Assembly: GCA_965262715.1 (NCBI GenBank)
Contig: OZ253553.1
Location: 896,001-960,000, forward strand
Direction: 5' to 3'
Source: Bdellovibrionales bacterium
Lineage (GTDB): Bacteria; Bdellovibrionota; Bdellovibrionia; Bdellovibrionales; JAUICD01
Length of the DNA stretch: 64,000 bases
Of the stretch, positions 31,528-42,342 are shown piece after piece. The first letter of the stretch is position 1. Each line of letters starts with the position of its first letter. The notes under the pieces are model-generated. The model was given only the letters and a program-made list of their open reading frames with translations. It ran no database searches and had not been told where the DNA came from. Made by a program: the position numbers and the translations under genes.

Positions 31528-31752
31528 GGTTTTGTTGCACAAGCATGTGTAGGAGAATTATGGCAGGTTTCTGAAATAGGACTAGGCCAATGCCTTAGGG
31601 AATAAATATTTCTTAAAATATTTTATTCTATAATAAAATCTCAAAATAATAGCAACGTAAGGCACGGGGGTTGCCTAGTGCCTATGGAAAAAGCCTGCCA
31701 TAACTCTCTAACCTTTATATACATATTCTTTAAATCTTTTTGCAACAAACCC
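31528..31752. mobile_element. 225-bp MITE related to the IS903-like element
   Basis: TIRs ggttttgttgcacaa / ttgcaacaaaccc; 9-bp TSD CTGTAAAAA; interior homologous to the first ~200 bp of the IS. Confidence 0.88.
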
Positions 31753-31910
31753 CTGTAAAAATTAACATCTTAAAGTGTCATAAACCTAATTTTAATATCT
31801 TATCTTGAAATGGTAACAGCCCTAAGAGTATGGTTAACCTTTGACTTTGGTCTGGATTATAAAATAGAGTAGAGATCCACAAAAAATGCAGGGGAGAAAA
31901 GCTATCTTAT

Positions 31911-33212
31911 ATGAATATTTCAAAAAAATCCCCTCTTCTTATTATTTTTTTCACTATATGCATTGATCTTATTGGTTTTGGGATTATTATTCCACTAAGC
32001 CCCTATTTAGCAAGACATTTTGATGCAAGTGGTTTTGAGATAGGGCTACTTATGTTCACTTATGCTGGGGTGCAATTTTGCTTTTCTCCTATTTGGGGTT
32101 ATTTAAGTGATCTTTTTGGAAGACGGCCTGTTTTGCTTTTAAGTTTATTAGGTTCTGCTATTGCTCATCTATCAATGGCTTTTTCTTCAGCTTTATGGAT
32201 GCTGTTTTTTGCAAGAGCTCTAGCGGGATTCTTTGGTGCCAGTATTTCAGTGGCAACAGCTTATATTGCAGATGTCACACACTCAACTGATAGAGCTAAA
32301 AATATGGGAATTATTGGAGCTGCTTTTGGCTTAGGTTTTGTTTTAGGACCAGCTATTTCTGGAACTCTTTCTTATTTGAGCACAGACTGGGGTTTTAACC
32401 ATCCTTTTGCAATAGCCTTTCCTGCTTTAGGAGCTAGTTTCATTTGTTTTTCGAATTTAATTTTTGCATATTTTAAATTACCTGAAAGTAAAAAAGAAGT
32501 ACTTTCTCCTGATACATCTGATACAAACAAACAAATACAAAAATCTCAAAATCAATCAATAGGCAGTCAACAAAAAATAATTCACTTTTTTAAAAAACTT
32601 ATATCTTATAGCAAACATCCTATATTAGGCAGGCTGTTATTAGCAGAAATGCTTTTGACGATAGGTATGGGACAGATGGAGGCGACTCTTGCCTTGTTTT
32701 TGAAAGAAGTTTTTTCATGGTCTATTACAACCACTAGTTTTGCCTATGTTTATATTGGATTAATGATGGCATTTAGTTATGGATTTTTAATACGTAAACT
32801 TATGCCTCTTTATGGAGAAAAAAATCTTTTATTAACAGGTATCATTATGAGTGTATTTGCGATGTTGACAATGGGGCTTTCGTTTTTTATGTGGAGCTAT
32901 ATTGTTTTATTATTTGGTGTGACTCTTTTAGCTTTAGGCAATGGTATTTTTACACCTGCTCTTTTAGGGGCCATCAGTTTAACAAGTAAAGAGTCAGAAC
33001 AAGGTCGTGTGATGGGTATATACCAAAGTTATATGTCTATAGGCCGTATGATAGGAGCAGTGCTTGGAGGTTTTCTTTTTGATCGATTAGCTGCTTTGCC
33101 ATATTTCAGTGCCTCTTTTGTTATGTTGGTAGCCTTCATTCTTATTGTACCTATCTATTCTCAATTGCCAAACAATAAAGTAAACAAAAAAAAGGTAATA
33201 ACTAATGAATAG
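31911..33212 (+). CDS. MFS transporter, TetA/DHA1-like
   Basis: GYLSDLFGRRPVL motif A; AYIADVT; GFVLGPAIG-like motif C. Confidence 0.9.
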   Translation: MNISKKSPLLIIFFTICIDLIGFGIIIPLSPYLARHFDASGFEIGLLMFTYAGVQFCFSPIWGYLSDLFGRRPVLLLSLLGSAIAHLSMAFSSALWMLFFARALAGFFGASISVATAYIADVTHSTDRAKNMGIIGAAFGLGFVLGPAISGTLSYLSTDWGFNHPFAIAFPALGASFICFSNLIFAYFKLPESKKEVLSPDTSDTNKQIQKSQNQSIGSQQKIIHFFKKLISYSKHPILGRLLLAEMLLTIGMGQMEATLALFLKEVFSWSITTTSFAYVYIGLMMAFSYGFLIRKLMPLYGEKNLLLTGIIMSVFAMLTMGLSFFMWSYIVLLFGVTLLALGNGIFTPALLGAISLTSKESEQGRVMGIYQSYMSIGRMIGAVLGGFLFDRLAALPYFSASFVMLVAFILIVPIYSQLPNNKVNKKKVITNE

Positions 33213-35739
33213 CTTGTATCTTGTAGACGTCAGCTGTCTATATTTTCGCTCTTACTATGCTATTCGCTCATTAAATACATCTAAAGGATTTCCTACAAAT
33301 GCTCTTTATGGATTTCTTAAAACAACAGTTAAATTACTTACAGAGGTTAATCCGAAATTTTTAGCTTACTGTTTTGATCACAAAGGACCTAGTTTTCGCA
33401 AGCAAATATACGAACCTTATAAGGCAAATCGAAGTGAGATGCCAGAGGATCTTCAAATGCAAGTTCCTTATATTGAAAAAATTACAAAAGCTTTAGGTAT
33501 TAGCATCTTTGATAAAAAAGAATTTGAAGCTGATGATATTATCGGAACACTTTGCAAGTGGGGTGAGTCCAAAAACTTTCAGGTTGTTATTATCAGTAGT
33601 GATAAAGATTTTGCTCAGCTTGTCAATACAAATGTCACACTTTGGGATACATTTAAAAATATCAAATACGACCCTCAAAAAGTTTTCAAAAAGTGGGGAG
33701 TTCATCCTCATCAAATGATTGATTATTTGGCTCTTTGCGGAGATGCTTCAGATAATATTCCTGGTGTTTATGGTATAGGACCTAAGGCGGCTCAAAGTTT
33801 ACTTTCTAGTTACTCCTGTTTAGAGAATGTTTATCAAAACATAGACAAAATCAACAGTAAAAAACAAAAACAAAATTTGTTATCCTCTCAAAAAGAAGCT
33901 TTTTTATCTAAAGATTTAGTCACAATTCGAACAGATATCCCATTTGATCTCAGACTAGAAAGTCTTCATCTAAAAGATACTCATAAAAAAGAATTAGAAA
34001 AAATTTTAGAAGACTTAGAATTTAAATCCTTCCAAGATGCTTTATTACCATCATCTTCTAAAGTTATTGAGGATAAAGATTCTACATCAATAACAAAAGA
34101 CTCCATTGAACATTTAACATTAAATAAAGCAAAAAAATTACTAAATAAAAAAGATGTGCTTTGGGGTTTTATGGTAGAAGATAATATTTTATTAGGTATA
34201 GATTCTAATACTTTCCTGGTGAATCTAGAAGATAAAGATCTCATTTTACATTTAGAATCTTTAGATTTAAATTGGAAAGGTTTTGATCTTAAAGATTTTT
34301 GGAGAAAGTTAAAGCTTCAGAAAACACAAAATGCTAAATGGAGCAGTCTCTTAGCTGCTTATATCATTTTCTCTGAAAAAATTGTATCTTTAGAAGACCT
34401 TTATGAAAAACTAAGAGATAGTAAAGATATTGATTTGAATAAGCCTTTTTCTTCTGCTTCTTACCAAGATATTTATAAATTGCACTTAACCTTAGAATCT
34501 GTGCTTAAAAAGAAGCTAAAAGAGCTGGACCCATCTCATATTTATCAAAAAATAGAACTACCTCTTTTACCCATATTGTTTGATATGGAAAGATATGGTT
34601 TTCTAATTGATACAGAATATTTATTACATCAAAGCAAATATCTAAAAAAAGAGATCGATCAAATAGAAGCAAAAATTTACACTGAAGCTGATATGGACTT
34701 TAATATTGCAAGTCCTAAACAGTTAGCTCATGTTTTATTTGAAAAATTAAATCTACCTATTATTAAAAAAATTAAAACAGGCCCATCTACAGAATCTTCT
34801 GTATTAGAAGCACTAACTCACATTCACCCTATTGCAAAAGATATTATTGAATTTAGAAGGCTTGTGAAGTTAAAATCGACCTATATTGATGCTTTGCCAC
34901 AGCTTGTAGATCCTCAAACCCAGCGTATTCATACACATTTTAATCAAGCTACAGTCACGACAGGCAGGCTTTCAAGTTCTTCTCCTAACCTGCAAAATAT
35001 TCCTATTAAAACAAAAATGGTACGTCAGGCATTTATTGCCCCAAAAGAAAGCTATTTAGTTTCTTCAGATTATTCGCAAATAGAACTAAGAATCATGGCA
35101 CATCTAAGCAATGACCCAGGATTAAAAAAGGCTTTTGAAGATGATATGGATATACATGCTGCAACGGCAATGGAAATTTTTTCTGATACAGAAGATAAAA
35201 AAAATGCAAAAGAAAGAAGAATTATTGCAAAGGCTGTTAACTTTGGATTGGCTTATGGACAGACAGCTTTTGGACTTTCTAAAGTGTTACAAATCACTCA
35301 AGGCAAGGCAAAGGAAATTATTGAACGTTATTTTGAGAAATTTCCAAACGTCAAGACTTACACTCTAGAGATCATAGATTTTGCTAAAAAGCATGGTTAT
35401 GTTGAAACTTTATTTGGCAGAAGAAGGTATATTCCAGAGTTGCATTCTAAAAATGGCCTAAAACAAAAATCTGGAGAAAGAGCTGCCATAAATGCTCCTT
35501 TGCAAGGATCAGCAAGTGATATTGTGAAAAAGGCTATGATAAGTTTATTTAAAGAAGTAGAAAGCCCAATGATTCTACAAGTTCATGATGAGTTGGTCTT
35601 TGAAGTTCCATCAAATAAAGTTAAGAGTGAGATTTTGATCATTAAAGATATTATGGAAAATATTGTTAAATTAAATGTTCCTTTAAAGGTCAATATTAAG
35701 TCAGGTCATAATTGGAATGAGGAACTTGAACTTTTTTAA
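33205..35739 (+). CDS. polA: DNA polymerase I
   Basis: 5'-3' exonuclease motifs (EADD, DKD, GDASDN); TGRLSS, DYSQIELR, QVHDE. Confidence 0.97.
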   Translation: MNSLYLVDVSCLYFRSYYAIRSLNTSKGFPTNALYGFLKTTVKLLTEVNPKFLAYCFDHKGPSFRKQIYEPYKANRSEMPEDLQMQVPYIEKITKALGISIFDKKEFEADDIIGTLCKWGESKNFQVVIISSDKDFAQLVNTNVTLWDTFKNIKYDPQKVFKKWGVHPHQMIDYLALCGDASDNIPGVYGIGPKAAQSLLSSYSCLENVYQNIDKINSKKQKQNLLSSQKEAFLSKDLVTIRTDIPFDLRLESLHLKDTHKKELEKILEDLEFKSFQDALLPSSSKVIEDKDSTSITKDSIEHLTLNKAKKLLNKKDVLWGFMVEDNILLGIDSNTFLVNLEDKDLILHLESLDLNWKGFDLKDFWRKLKLQKTQNAKWSSLLAAYIIFSEKIVSLEDLYEKLRDSKDIDLNKPFSSASYQDIYKLHLTLESVLKKKLKELDPSHIYQKIELPLLPILFDMERYGFLIDTEYLLHQSKYLKKEIDQIEAKIYTEADMDFNIASPKQLAHVLFEKLNLPIIKKIKTGPSTESSVLEALTHIHPIAKDIIEFRRLVKLKSTYIDALPQLVDPQTQRIHTHFNQATVTTGRLSSSSPNLQNIPIKTKMVRQAFIAPKESYLVSSDYSQIELRIMAHLSNDPGLKKAFEDDMDIHAATAMEIFSDTEDKKNAKERRIIAKAVNFGLAYGQTAFGLSKVLQITQGKAKEIIERYFEKFPNVKTYTLEIIDFAKKHGYVETLFGRRRYIPELHSKNGLKQKSGERAAINAPLQGSASDIVKKAMISLFKEVESPMILQVHDELVFEVPSNKVKSEILIIKDIMENIVKLNVPLKVNIKSGHNWNEELELF

Positions 35740-35756
35740 AATGAAGAAACTTTGAG

Positions 35757-36731
35757 ATGATTTTTAATATCTTACTTGGAATCACAGTTAATTTTATTTG
35801 GGGACTTGCCTTTCTGATCCCATATATAACTAAATCTACAATCGACCCTATACTTCTAGCTACTGGACGTTATGGGGTATATGGTTTGCTTTCTATTATT
35901 TTAATGATGACCTTATATCGATCTGTGCTCCAAACGCTTTGTTATAAAGATTGGCTCTGGGCTATTGCTTTTGCTTTTACAGGAAACGTTGGCTATTATA
36001 TACTTCTCATCTTATCTATAAGGTTTAGTGATATAACTACAGCTGCCTTAATTCTTGGCCTAACACCAATTACTTTTATTATTTACGGAAATATCCTACA
36101 ACGTGAATTTTCTTTTCGACAATTATTTATCCCTCTTATATTGATATTTACAGGACTTATTTCACTTTATTGGAGTAAGTTATCTGCTGCTCAAGACATT
36201 AACGAGATGGAGAATATTTTTTTAGGTATCTTCTTTGCGCTGATTGCTCTTTTTTTATGGACATGGTATGGGGTTCAAAATGCTAAATATCTAAAACAAA
36301 AACAAGGTAGTCGGTCTTTGCTTAGAGATTCTGACTGGTCAGTAGCTATAGGTGTTTGCACTTTTGGAATAACAATTTTAATTTTATTTATTTTTTCTAT
36401 CACTGGAATTTGGGATCCTTTTGTTGTAATAAAAACTTTTAAAACAGTCCAATTAACTATGATCTATATAGGAGTAAGTCTTGTGTTAGGTATTCTTGTA
36501 TCTTATTATGCAACTGTTTTGTGGAATCGCCTCTCTCGAACACTTCCTGTCAGTCTTGTTGGACAGCTGCTTGTATTTGAAACTATATCAAGTATATTAT
36601 ATGGAGCAGCAGTGGATTGGACGCTTCCTCCAATAAATGAGCTCCTATCAATATGTATTATTTTACTAGGAGTTATATTTGGTATACGTATTATTTATCA
36701 ATCTTCTAGCAGGTGTATCGTAAAGCCTTAG
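35757..36731 (+). CDS. DMT/EamA-family transporter
   Basis: About 10 TM segments; WGLAF and GQLLVFET motifs. Confidence 0.8.
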   Translation: MIFNILLGITVNFIWGLAFLIPYITKSTIDPILLATGRYGVYGLLSIILMMTLYRSVLQTLCYKDWLWAIAFAFTGNVGYYILLILSIRFSDITTAALILGLTPITFIIYGNILQREFSFRQLFIPLILIFTGLISLYWSKLSAAQDINEMENIFLGIFFALIALFLWTWYGVQNAKYLKQKQGSRSLLRDSDWSVAIGVCTFGITILILFIFSITGIWDPFVVIKTFKTVQLTMIYIGVSLVLGILVSYYATVLWNRLSRTLPVSLVGQLLVFETISSILYGAAVDWTLPPINELLSICIILLGVIFGIRIIYQSSSRCIVKP

Positions 36732-36877
36732 TTAAAAAGACTCATAACTAGAACTAGTCTCAAAAATAAGTTTTGTATTTTACAATTCGAGTTAAAAGTT
36801 AAAATAACAAATCATCATTACTCCGGGATCTGGCATCATTACCATTCACTTCAATTCTTTTTTCGTCATGAATTAAG

Positions 36878-38416
36878 TTGGCAAGAAAGTTGCTACATTA
36901 CCTATACCTAATGCTAAAAGGAGGGATTATGTGGGTTTTATTTAAATATATTTACACAATGTCCGGATTATTCGGGTTTTTATTGATCCTATCTTCATGT
37001 AATGCATCGCACAACTCTGATTCAACCTCAAGTGTATGGTCATTAGATGATGCTACTGCCAACGCGGTATTTAAAGTTGAAAGAAGGATCAAATCTGATT
37101 TGTCATCTTTTTATTCTATAGAGGACCGTATTATGTTTGTAAGCCGTCAGAATAGAAATCAAGCTTATGATCAGATTCAATCTGTTCATGTTGATGGGGA
37201 GTGTTATGGTGAACTGGGTCGTTCCTTTAAAATCAATAAAGTTATGCTGTCAAATGTTTTTTCTTTTTATACATTCCTATCTTTAGAGCAATTACAAACT
37301 CATTCAAATAGGCGTATTTCTAGTTTAAAGAAAGATATAGATCAAGCTTATCAATGTCATTTTTCATTTATAGGAGCTACTGCGGATGGTTCTACAAAGT
37401 CTATTCAAAATATCAGGGTAGAAATTCCAAAAAGGCCAAGGGGTGGTATTACCATACATCATAGAGATGATCGAAATAGAGTTAGACCTAGTGAGAAGCT
37501 TGAATTTACAGAATTAGATTTAAAAAATTATCATGTCACAGTTCTCAGTTCTTCACCAAGCGCAAAGATGACTTTGAAGTGTTCAGATTTTCAAGAGAGT
37601 GTTCTATTTGATTTTAGAAATAACTCTAAGAGAAGTTTAGCTTCAATCTTTAATTTACAAAAACATTATTCTTTACTACTGGCCAATCCTTTACAACATT
37701 GTCATATCACTTATGGGAAGTTTGGAGATCCTTATTGGGCATGGTCAAAGTCTTTTAAACTTCTTTTCCAAGAAGCTTTTGAGGCTACATTTGATTTAAC
37801 GTTTAATCTAAAAAGAATAATTAGTCCATCTACTTCACAGGTAGATCAAAGAGAAAAAGCTTTTTGGATTCAATTAGGTATATTAGAGGTCAGTAATCCT
37901 TTTTCTGAGCCTATGATTATTTTTATGATCAAAGATCATAATAGTTATTTAAATGCTCATATTTACTATCTAGAAGATAAAAATAACTTAAGTTATAAAG
38001 CTGATGATGAGCTCATTAAAAAAGAAAGACATGATATATTTTTGCAATTTGCGCAAACAGGAAATCATCAAAGATCTCAAAATAGTGATAGATTAGATAT
38101 CTTTGGTGGACAAAACTATGCCTTTTATGTAGATTCTAAATCTTCTATAACAAAACGGATTGTTATAAAAACTTTAGATGAAAGCTATTATAGTAATGAT
38201 AAAGTATTAGGCGTTGAAGTTGTAAAATCAGAGAACCCAAATCATGATAGTTTTTTCAAACTTTATTTTCACAATAGTAGAGGAATTTCTATTTTACCTA
38301 TTTTTGATGAATTTAAGGATGAGGTTCTTGTATCAATATGCGCCTTTAGATTGTGCCATAGAGCTTTTGATGCTATGTTATACAACAACAGAATAAGAAC
38401 AGGCCAGATACTTTGA
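36878..38416 (+). CDS. Hypothetical lipoprotein (true start probably a downstream Met)
   Basis: LSSC lipobox-like sequence; long ORF. Confidence 0.6.
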   Translation: MARKLLHYLYLMLKGGIMWVLFKYIYTMSGLFGFLLILSSCNASHNSDSTSSVWSLDDATANAVFKVERRIKSDLSSFYSIEDRIMFVSRQNRNQAYDQIQSVHVDGECYGELGRSFKINKVMLSNVFSFYTFLSLEQLQTHSNRRISSLKKDIDQAYQCHFSFIGATADGSTKSIQNIRVEIPKRPRGGITIHHRDDRNRVRPSEKLEFTELDLKNYHVTVLSSSPSAKMTLKCSDFQESVLFDFRNNSKRSLASIFNLQKHYSLLLANPLQHCHITYGKFGDPYWAWSKSFKLLFQEAFEATFDLTFNLKRIISPSTSQVDQREKAFWIQLGILEVSNPFSEPMIIFMIKDHNSYLNAHIYYLEDKNNLSYKADDELIKKERHDIFLQFAQTGNHQRSQNSDRLDIFGGQNYAFYVDSKSSITKRIVIKTLDESYYSNDKVLGVEVVKSENPNHDSFFKLYFHNSRGISILPIFDEFKDEVLVSICAFRLCHRAFDAMLYNNRIRTGQIL

Positions 38417-38535
38417 GTGTATAAATAAGCTTAAATTATTTTAAATATTCATAATTCTTAGATTGGCTTTGATATTTATAAAAAGACCGAGTCATCTTCA
38501 TTAACATGTTGTAAAAAAACAAGAGGAGTCTTGCT

Positions 38536-38716
38536 CTTAAAAAGAGTTAGCCTTTCTAGGCAGTCAGCTTTTTACGACGACAAAAGTCGTCGAGCTTACT
38601 GCCAGAAAGTTGCTAGAGGCTCGCCTCGAGAGGTTCGCCTCGAGAGGTTCGCCTCAAGAGGTTTGCTTCGAGAAGCAAGAGGCATTTTACTGAAACAGAG
38701 GCTGGTTCATTTTAAG
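38536..38716 (-). repeat. Hairpin element F with tandem 14-bp GCCTCGAGAGGTTC-like units
   Basis: ctttctaggcagt/actgccagaaag stem; three to four tandem units at ~38620..38675. Confidence 0.8.
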
Positions 38717-38837
38717 TGAAGCAGACCTTTGACTTACAATATAATTGTGTGTGAAGATTTAGTTATGGAAATAAGTTACCAACATATAAATTTATGTCAT
38801 AAGATATAAAAAATGTATTAAGTTCCTATGTGAGAAA

Positions 38838-39914
38838 ATGTCAGCAGAACACAAATCATTTTTCAATGAACCTCTTATTTTTTCATCTAATATTTTATGG
38901 CTTGGTTTTATTCTTATTACTATTATTGTATTTTTTGTAGTAAGGCACCATCAAAAGAGTGAATTTAATTGGCAAGCAAGTTCTTTAAAAGAGTATTGCC
39001 AAGAGCAACAACAAAACCGACTTCAAAGATTAAGTCAGTTCAATGATGAATTAATGAACTACGCAATTGCAGCCAGAGACGATAGAGCATCTATTGTTTC
39101 AAAAGAATATTTATCTCATAGAAATATTTTACGATTTATTTTATTTAGCGGTAGCCAGTCTTATTCTATTGAGAAGCACTGGTATAGAGAAAATACATTA
39201 GAAAATCAGTCTATTACTAAATTTCATATAAAAGATCTAATATTTTGGTTAAGTAAAGAAGTGTATTCTTTGGATATCCAACATCCTATGTATTTTTTAG
39301 ATTCTCCTTTTAAAAACATGCTTGTTATTGTTCCTTTAACAATTCCATCTAAGACAAATGCCCATACCAACAAAGAAATTGCTATTTTTGAAATAGAAAA
39401 AGAAGCTCTTGCTATAGCAATGGGGGAATCTGAAATATGCTCTTATGCGATATTGAATCACAAAGGGCAAGCTTTGTTCAACAATGAACTTGATCGCCTT
39501 CCTTCTTTATTAGCTTTAGAGCCTTCTGCTAAAGGAGAAGTATGGGTTAAAGGCGATAAGGGGGAGGATCTTATTATATTTGAGCAACACTCTTCTTCTA
39601 TTTTAATAGCGCATAAAATTTTATTCCAAAATCTTTATCAAAGCCAGCAAGCATATTTAAAAAATGCTATTTTTATTTTAGGAGTTATTTATTTAATTTG
39701 GTGTCTTATTATTGTGCTGATATCTATTTCTATCAGTCGTCCTTTAGAAAGGTTTAGACAATCTCTTTCTCTGTTATCAAAAGGTGACTTTCGGTCTATA
39801 CCTCGACTACTACTTAAAGGAGAATTAGGTCAAATGGAAAAAACCATTGTTGAAATGAGTGAAACACTACAAAGGCAACAGAAAAAAAGATCCCCTCGTA
39901 ATAAAGGCCGGTGA
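38838..39914 (+). CDS. Two-TM sensor-like protein with HAMP domain and no output domain
   Basis: ISRPLERF...LSKGDF...GELGQM after the second TM. Confidence 0.65.
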   Translation: MSAEHKSFFNEPLIFSSNILWLGFILITIIVFFVVRHHQKSEFNWQASSLKEYCQEQQQNRLQRLSQFNDELMNYAIAARDDRASIVSKEYLSHRNILRFILFSGSQSYSIEKHWYRENTLENQSITKFHIKDLIFWLSKEVYSLDIQHPMYFLDSPFKNMLVIVPLTIPSKTNAHTNKEIAIFEIEKEALAIAMGESEICSYAILNHKGQALFNNELDRLPSLLALEPSAKGEVWVKGDKGEDLIIFEQHSSSILIAHKILFQNLYQSQQAYLKNAIFILGVIYLIWCLIIVLISISISRPLERFRQSLSLLSKGDFRSIPRLLLKGELGQMEKTIVEMSETLQRQQKKRSPRNKGR

Positions 39915-40090
39915 TACGCATTAAAAAAATAGACTTTTATATTGCAAGTTTTACAGCAAAAGGTACAGGGCAAGTAATATGAGTCAACAAGACTTATATA
40001 TAATGGTAAAATTTTTAATATTCTTAAAAAAAGATAAAACAACTAAGCTATTTCTCAGGATTTTTTGATATTTCTCAAAAAGGTTATTTT

Positions 40091-40606
40091 ATGAGCTTAA
40101 GGTATATTTCATTTGCATATCTTTTATTTTATATAGTAGTTTTTTTTTCTACAGATGTATTTGCCATGGTTAAAAAATTACAGTTAGAATCTCATCTTAC
40201 AAAGCAAATAGAGTCTATTTTAAACACTTCACAATTACTGCACCAAAGTCTTATAAGCGAGGAGAACATTCAAATCAAATTACATCTCTCTCACATTGCA
40301 AGTCTTATATCTTCAGCAAGTCAGACTTCTTACAGGAATACAAAGACACTTCACCTAAGACATATTTTACAAAATACTAAAAAAGCTGTAGAGCAAGCCA
40401 GTTTACATGGAAAAAGATCTCTCATAAGGCAAAATATTAAGAGTATGTTTGATGAGCTTGTCGTGCTTTCACAGGTCTACAAATTAAATTCCAGATATCC
40501 TATTTATTTCTGTGATAAAGATAAATCTGTTTGGCTTCAAAAAGCTGGCAGGATTAGAAATCCTATTCATTCACATTATTCTCTTTGCGGATATATGGTA
40601 AATTAA
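40091..40606 (+). CDS. Secreted hypothetical protein, DUF3347-like
   Basis: Signal peptide; YFC...WLQ...IRNP...CG. Confidence 0.55.
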   Translation: MSLRYISFAYLLFYIVVFFSTDVFAMVKKLQLESHLTKQIESILNTSQLLHQSLISEENIQIKLHLSHIASLISSASQTSYRNTKTLHLRHILQNTKKAVEQASLHGKRSLIRQNIKSMFDELVVLSQVYKLNSRYPIYFCDKDKSVWLQKAGRIRNPIHSHYSLCGYMVN

Positions 40607-40642
40607 AATGAGATCAACACATCTTTAAGGTTCATTATAAAT

Positions 40643-41227
40643 ATGTCTCAATCAACTTTGGTTTTTTTAGGACTTATTGGAGGTATACTTTTTATTTTTA
40701 TAACAAATCCTCCACACACTATTTGTCATTCACAGTTAAATGAATTGACGAGTCAGCACACTCCTTTTTTTATTTTAGACAAAACTTTAAAATTTCAAGA
40801 GAAAACTGACTACCAGAGGTCCTTTGAATCTTGCCAGGATAGTAACAGCCCAGGTGCTTGCTTAAACTTATTTAATAGTGTAAAAGATCTTGTTTCTACT
40901 TTAGAGGCTCTACCTGGAGATTGTTCAAATCTTTGTGGTCAAAAAGCATTTAATGAACCTTTATGGGAGACAATGGAGATTATGGTTCGTATTGGCTGGG
41001 GAGAGCAAGCGCCTGAAAACATCTATGAACGCAGTAAATGGTTGAGTTATTCTGACTTCTCACTTTTTTGCCGAATTAAAAGGCTCCTTACTTTGTGTCA
41101 TGGCGAGGAAGAATGGAAAACACGGCAGGAGGAGATACTATCCAGCTTACCTGGTGCTGATAACATGGAAAGAAAAAATGTATGGAAACTTGCTCTTTTT
41201 GCAACAAGTTGTCAAAGAGGTTTTTAA
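40643..41227 (+). CDS. Cys-rich membrane-anchored hypothetical protein
   Basis: N-terminal TM; eight or more Cys. Confidence 0.6.
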   Translation: MSQSTLVFLGLIGGILFIFITNPPHTICHSQLNELTSQHTPFFILDKTLKFQEKTDYQRSFESCQDSNSPGACLNLFNSVKDLVSTLEALPGDCSNLCGQKAFNEPLWETMEIMVRIGWGEQAPENIYERSKWLSYSDFSLFCRIKRLLTLCHGEEEWKTRQEEILSSLPGADNMERKNVWKLALFATSCQRGF

Positions 41228-41315
41228 AAGTATTGGAATATTTTCATAATAATTGATTGTTTTTATGTTCATCTAAAGACACTTATGGCATAGTTAAAAT
41301 ATAGGTATTATTTTG

Positions 41316-41392
<77 letters not shown>

Positions 41393-41508
41393 ATGAAGAA
41401 ACTTGGTAAAGGATAATGCAAATAAATGAATTAACCTGCGACCCGCATAGGCAAAATTTGCGGATAGCAAATTTTGGCTGAAAAAAAGGCTCATCGCAAG
41501 ATGAGGCA

Positions 41509-41539
41509 GTCGCAAGTTCAAATCCTGTCTCCCCGACCA
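41509..41539 (+). repeat. Copy of the tRNA-Pro 3' half (att-like)
   Basis: gtcgcaagttcaaatcctgtctccccgacca. Confidence 0.9.
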
Positions 41540-41579
41540 TTTCCTTAACATTGAGTGAATGCCGTATGATAACAAAATA

Positions 41580-41679
41580 CTCAAAATAAACTGAAACTTT
41601 TGAGACATCAGCCATTTAAGACCGTTCTAACGGTCGGGCTGATGCCCAAAAGCACACCAGAGGTGTGGTTTATTTTGAG
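41580..41679 (-). repeat. Hairpin element G
   Basis: Same fold; cacacc-AGA-ggtgtg side hairpin. Confidence 0.85.
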
Positions 41680-41686
41680 GAAAAGA

Positions 41687-41716
41687 TCGCAAGTTCAAAT
41701 CCTGTCTCCCCGACCA
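41687..41716 (+). repeat. Second copy of the tRNA-Pro 3' half (att-like)
   Basis: tcgcaagttcaaatcctgtctccccgacca. Confidence 0.9.
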
Positions 41717-41825
41717 TCTCTGATATTGGACGAACCTAAGACCATTAAATGTTCATTATGGCACAAGGCATAAGTTCCAAGTCCAGCAGCTTTTTTAATG
41801 TCTGAAAACCAATCTTTTTTATAGT

Positions 41826-42041
41826 TTGATTGAAAGTGTAAAGGAGGGTTATCTGATTAACCCTTATGTTATAGATGCCAAAACAGAGACCATCACACAA
41901 CTTTTATCTGAAAAAGGTTATAATGTAAAGGTTAAGAAGAAGAAGATGAACAGAGTTATTATTACAAAATTTTTGAAAAAAAAGTTTTTCCTTCAAAATT
42001 TTTTAAAACATACTCTTAGAGAGCCTTATCAGTTCAATTAA
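41826..42041 (+). pseudogene. Possible fragment of a type I restriction R subunit/helicase
   Basis: VKEGYLINPYVIDAKTE resembles an HsdR segment, by recall only. Confidence 0.35.
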
Positions 42042-42139
42042 AATAAGGTAGAGAGAAGTAAAATTAATTGTTATTTGTTATTTTCTATACCTAGCTAAGT
42101 GGGTTTTTAAAAGTATTGAGAGGATAAAAAAGGATACTT

Positions 42140-42342
42140 TTTGTAAAAAACACTCTTTTTTTACAAAATTCAGCCATCATTAATTTTACCTTTTTAAGAT
42201 ATAATTAATGATGTCGATATTTAATTTTGTAAAATGAGCTACTTGTACAGTCATTAAACCTATCAAAAAAATAGAGCACAATTTCTCTAAATTTCGCCTC
42301 TGAAACTTCCAAATGAGCGAAATACCTGTTTTTTATAATTAT
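42140..42342 (-). pseudogene. Degraded IS1595-family transposase 5' remnant
   Basis: Reverse strand reads IKNRYF..VSEAKFREIV..QVAHFTKLN, homologous to 60969 onward. Confidence 0.6.

Noticed and set aside
38531..38719. 62-aa ORF, or the 14-bp repeats as CRISPR
   Set aside because: The ORF is a by-product of hairpin element F; the repeats have no spacers
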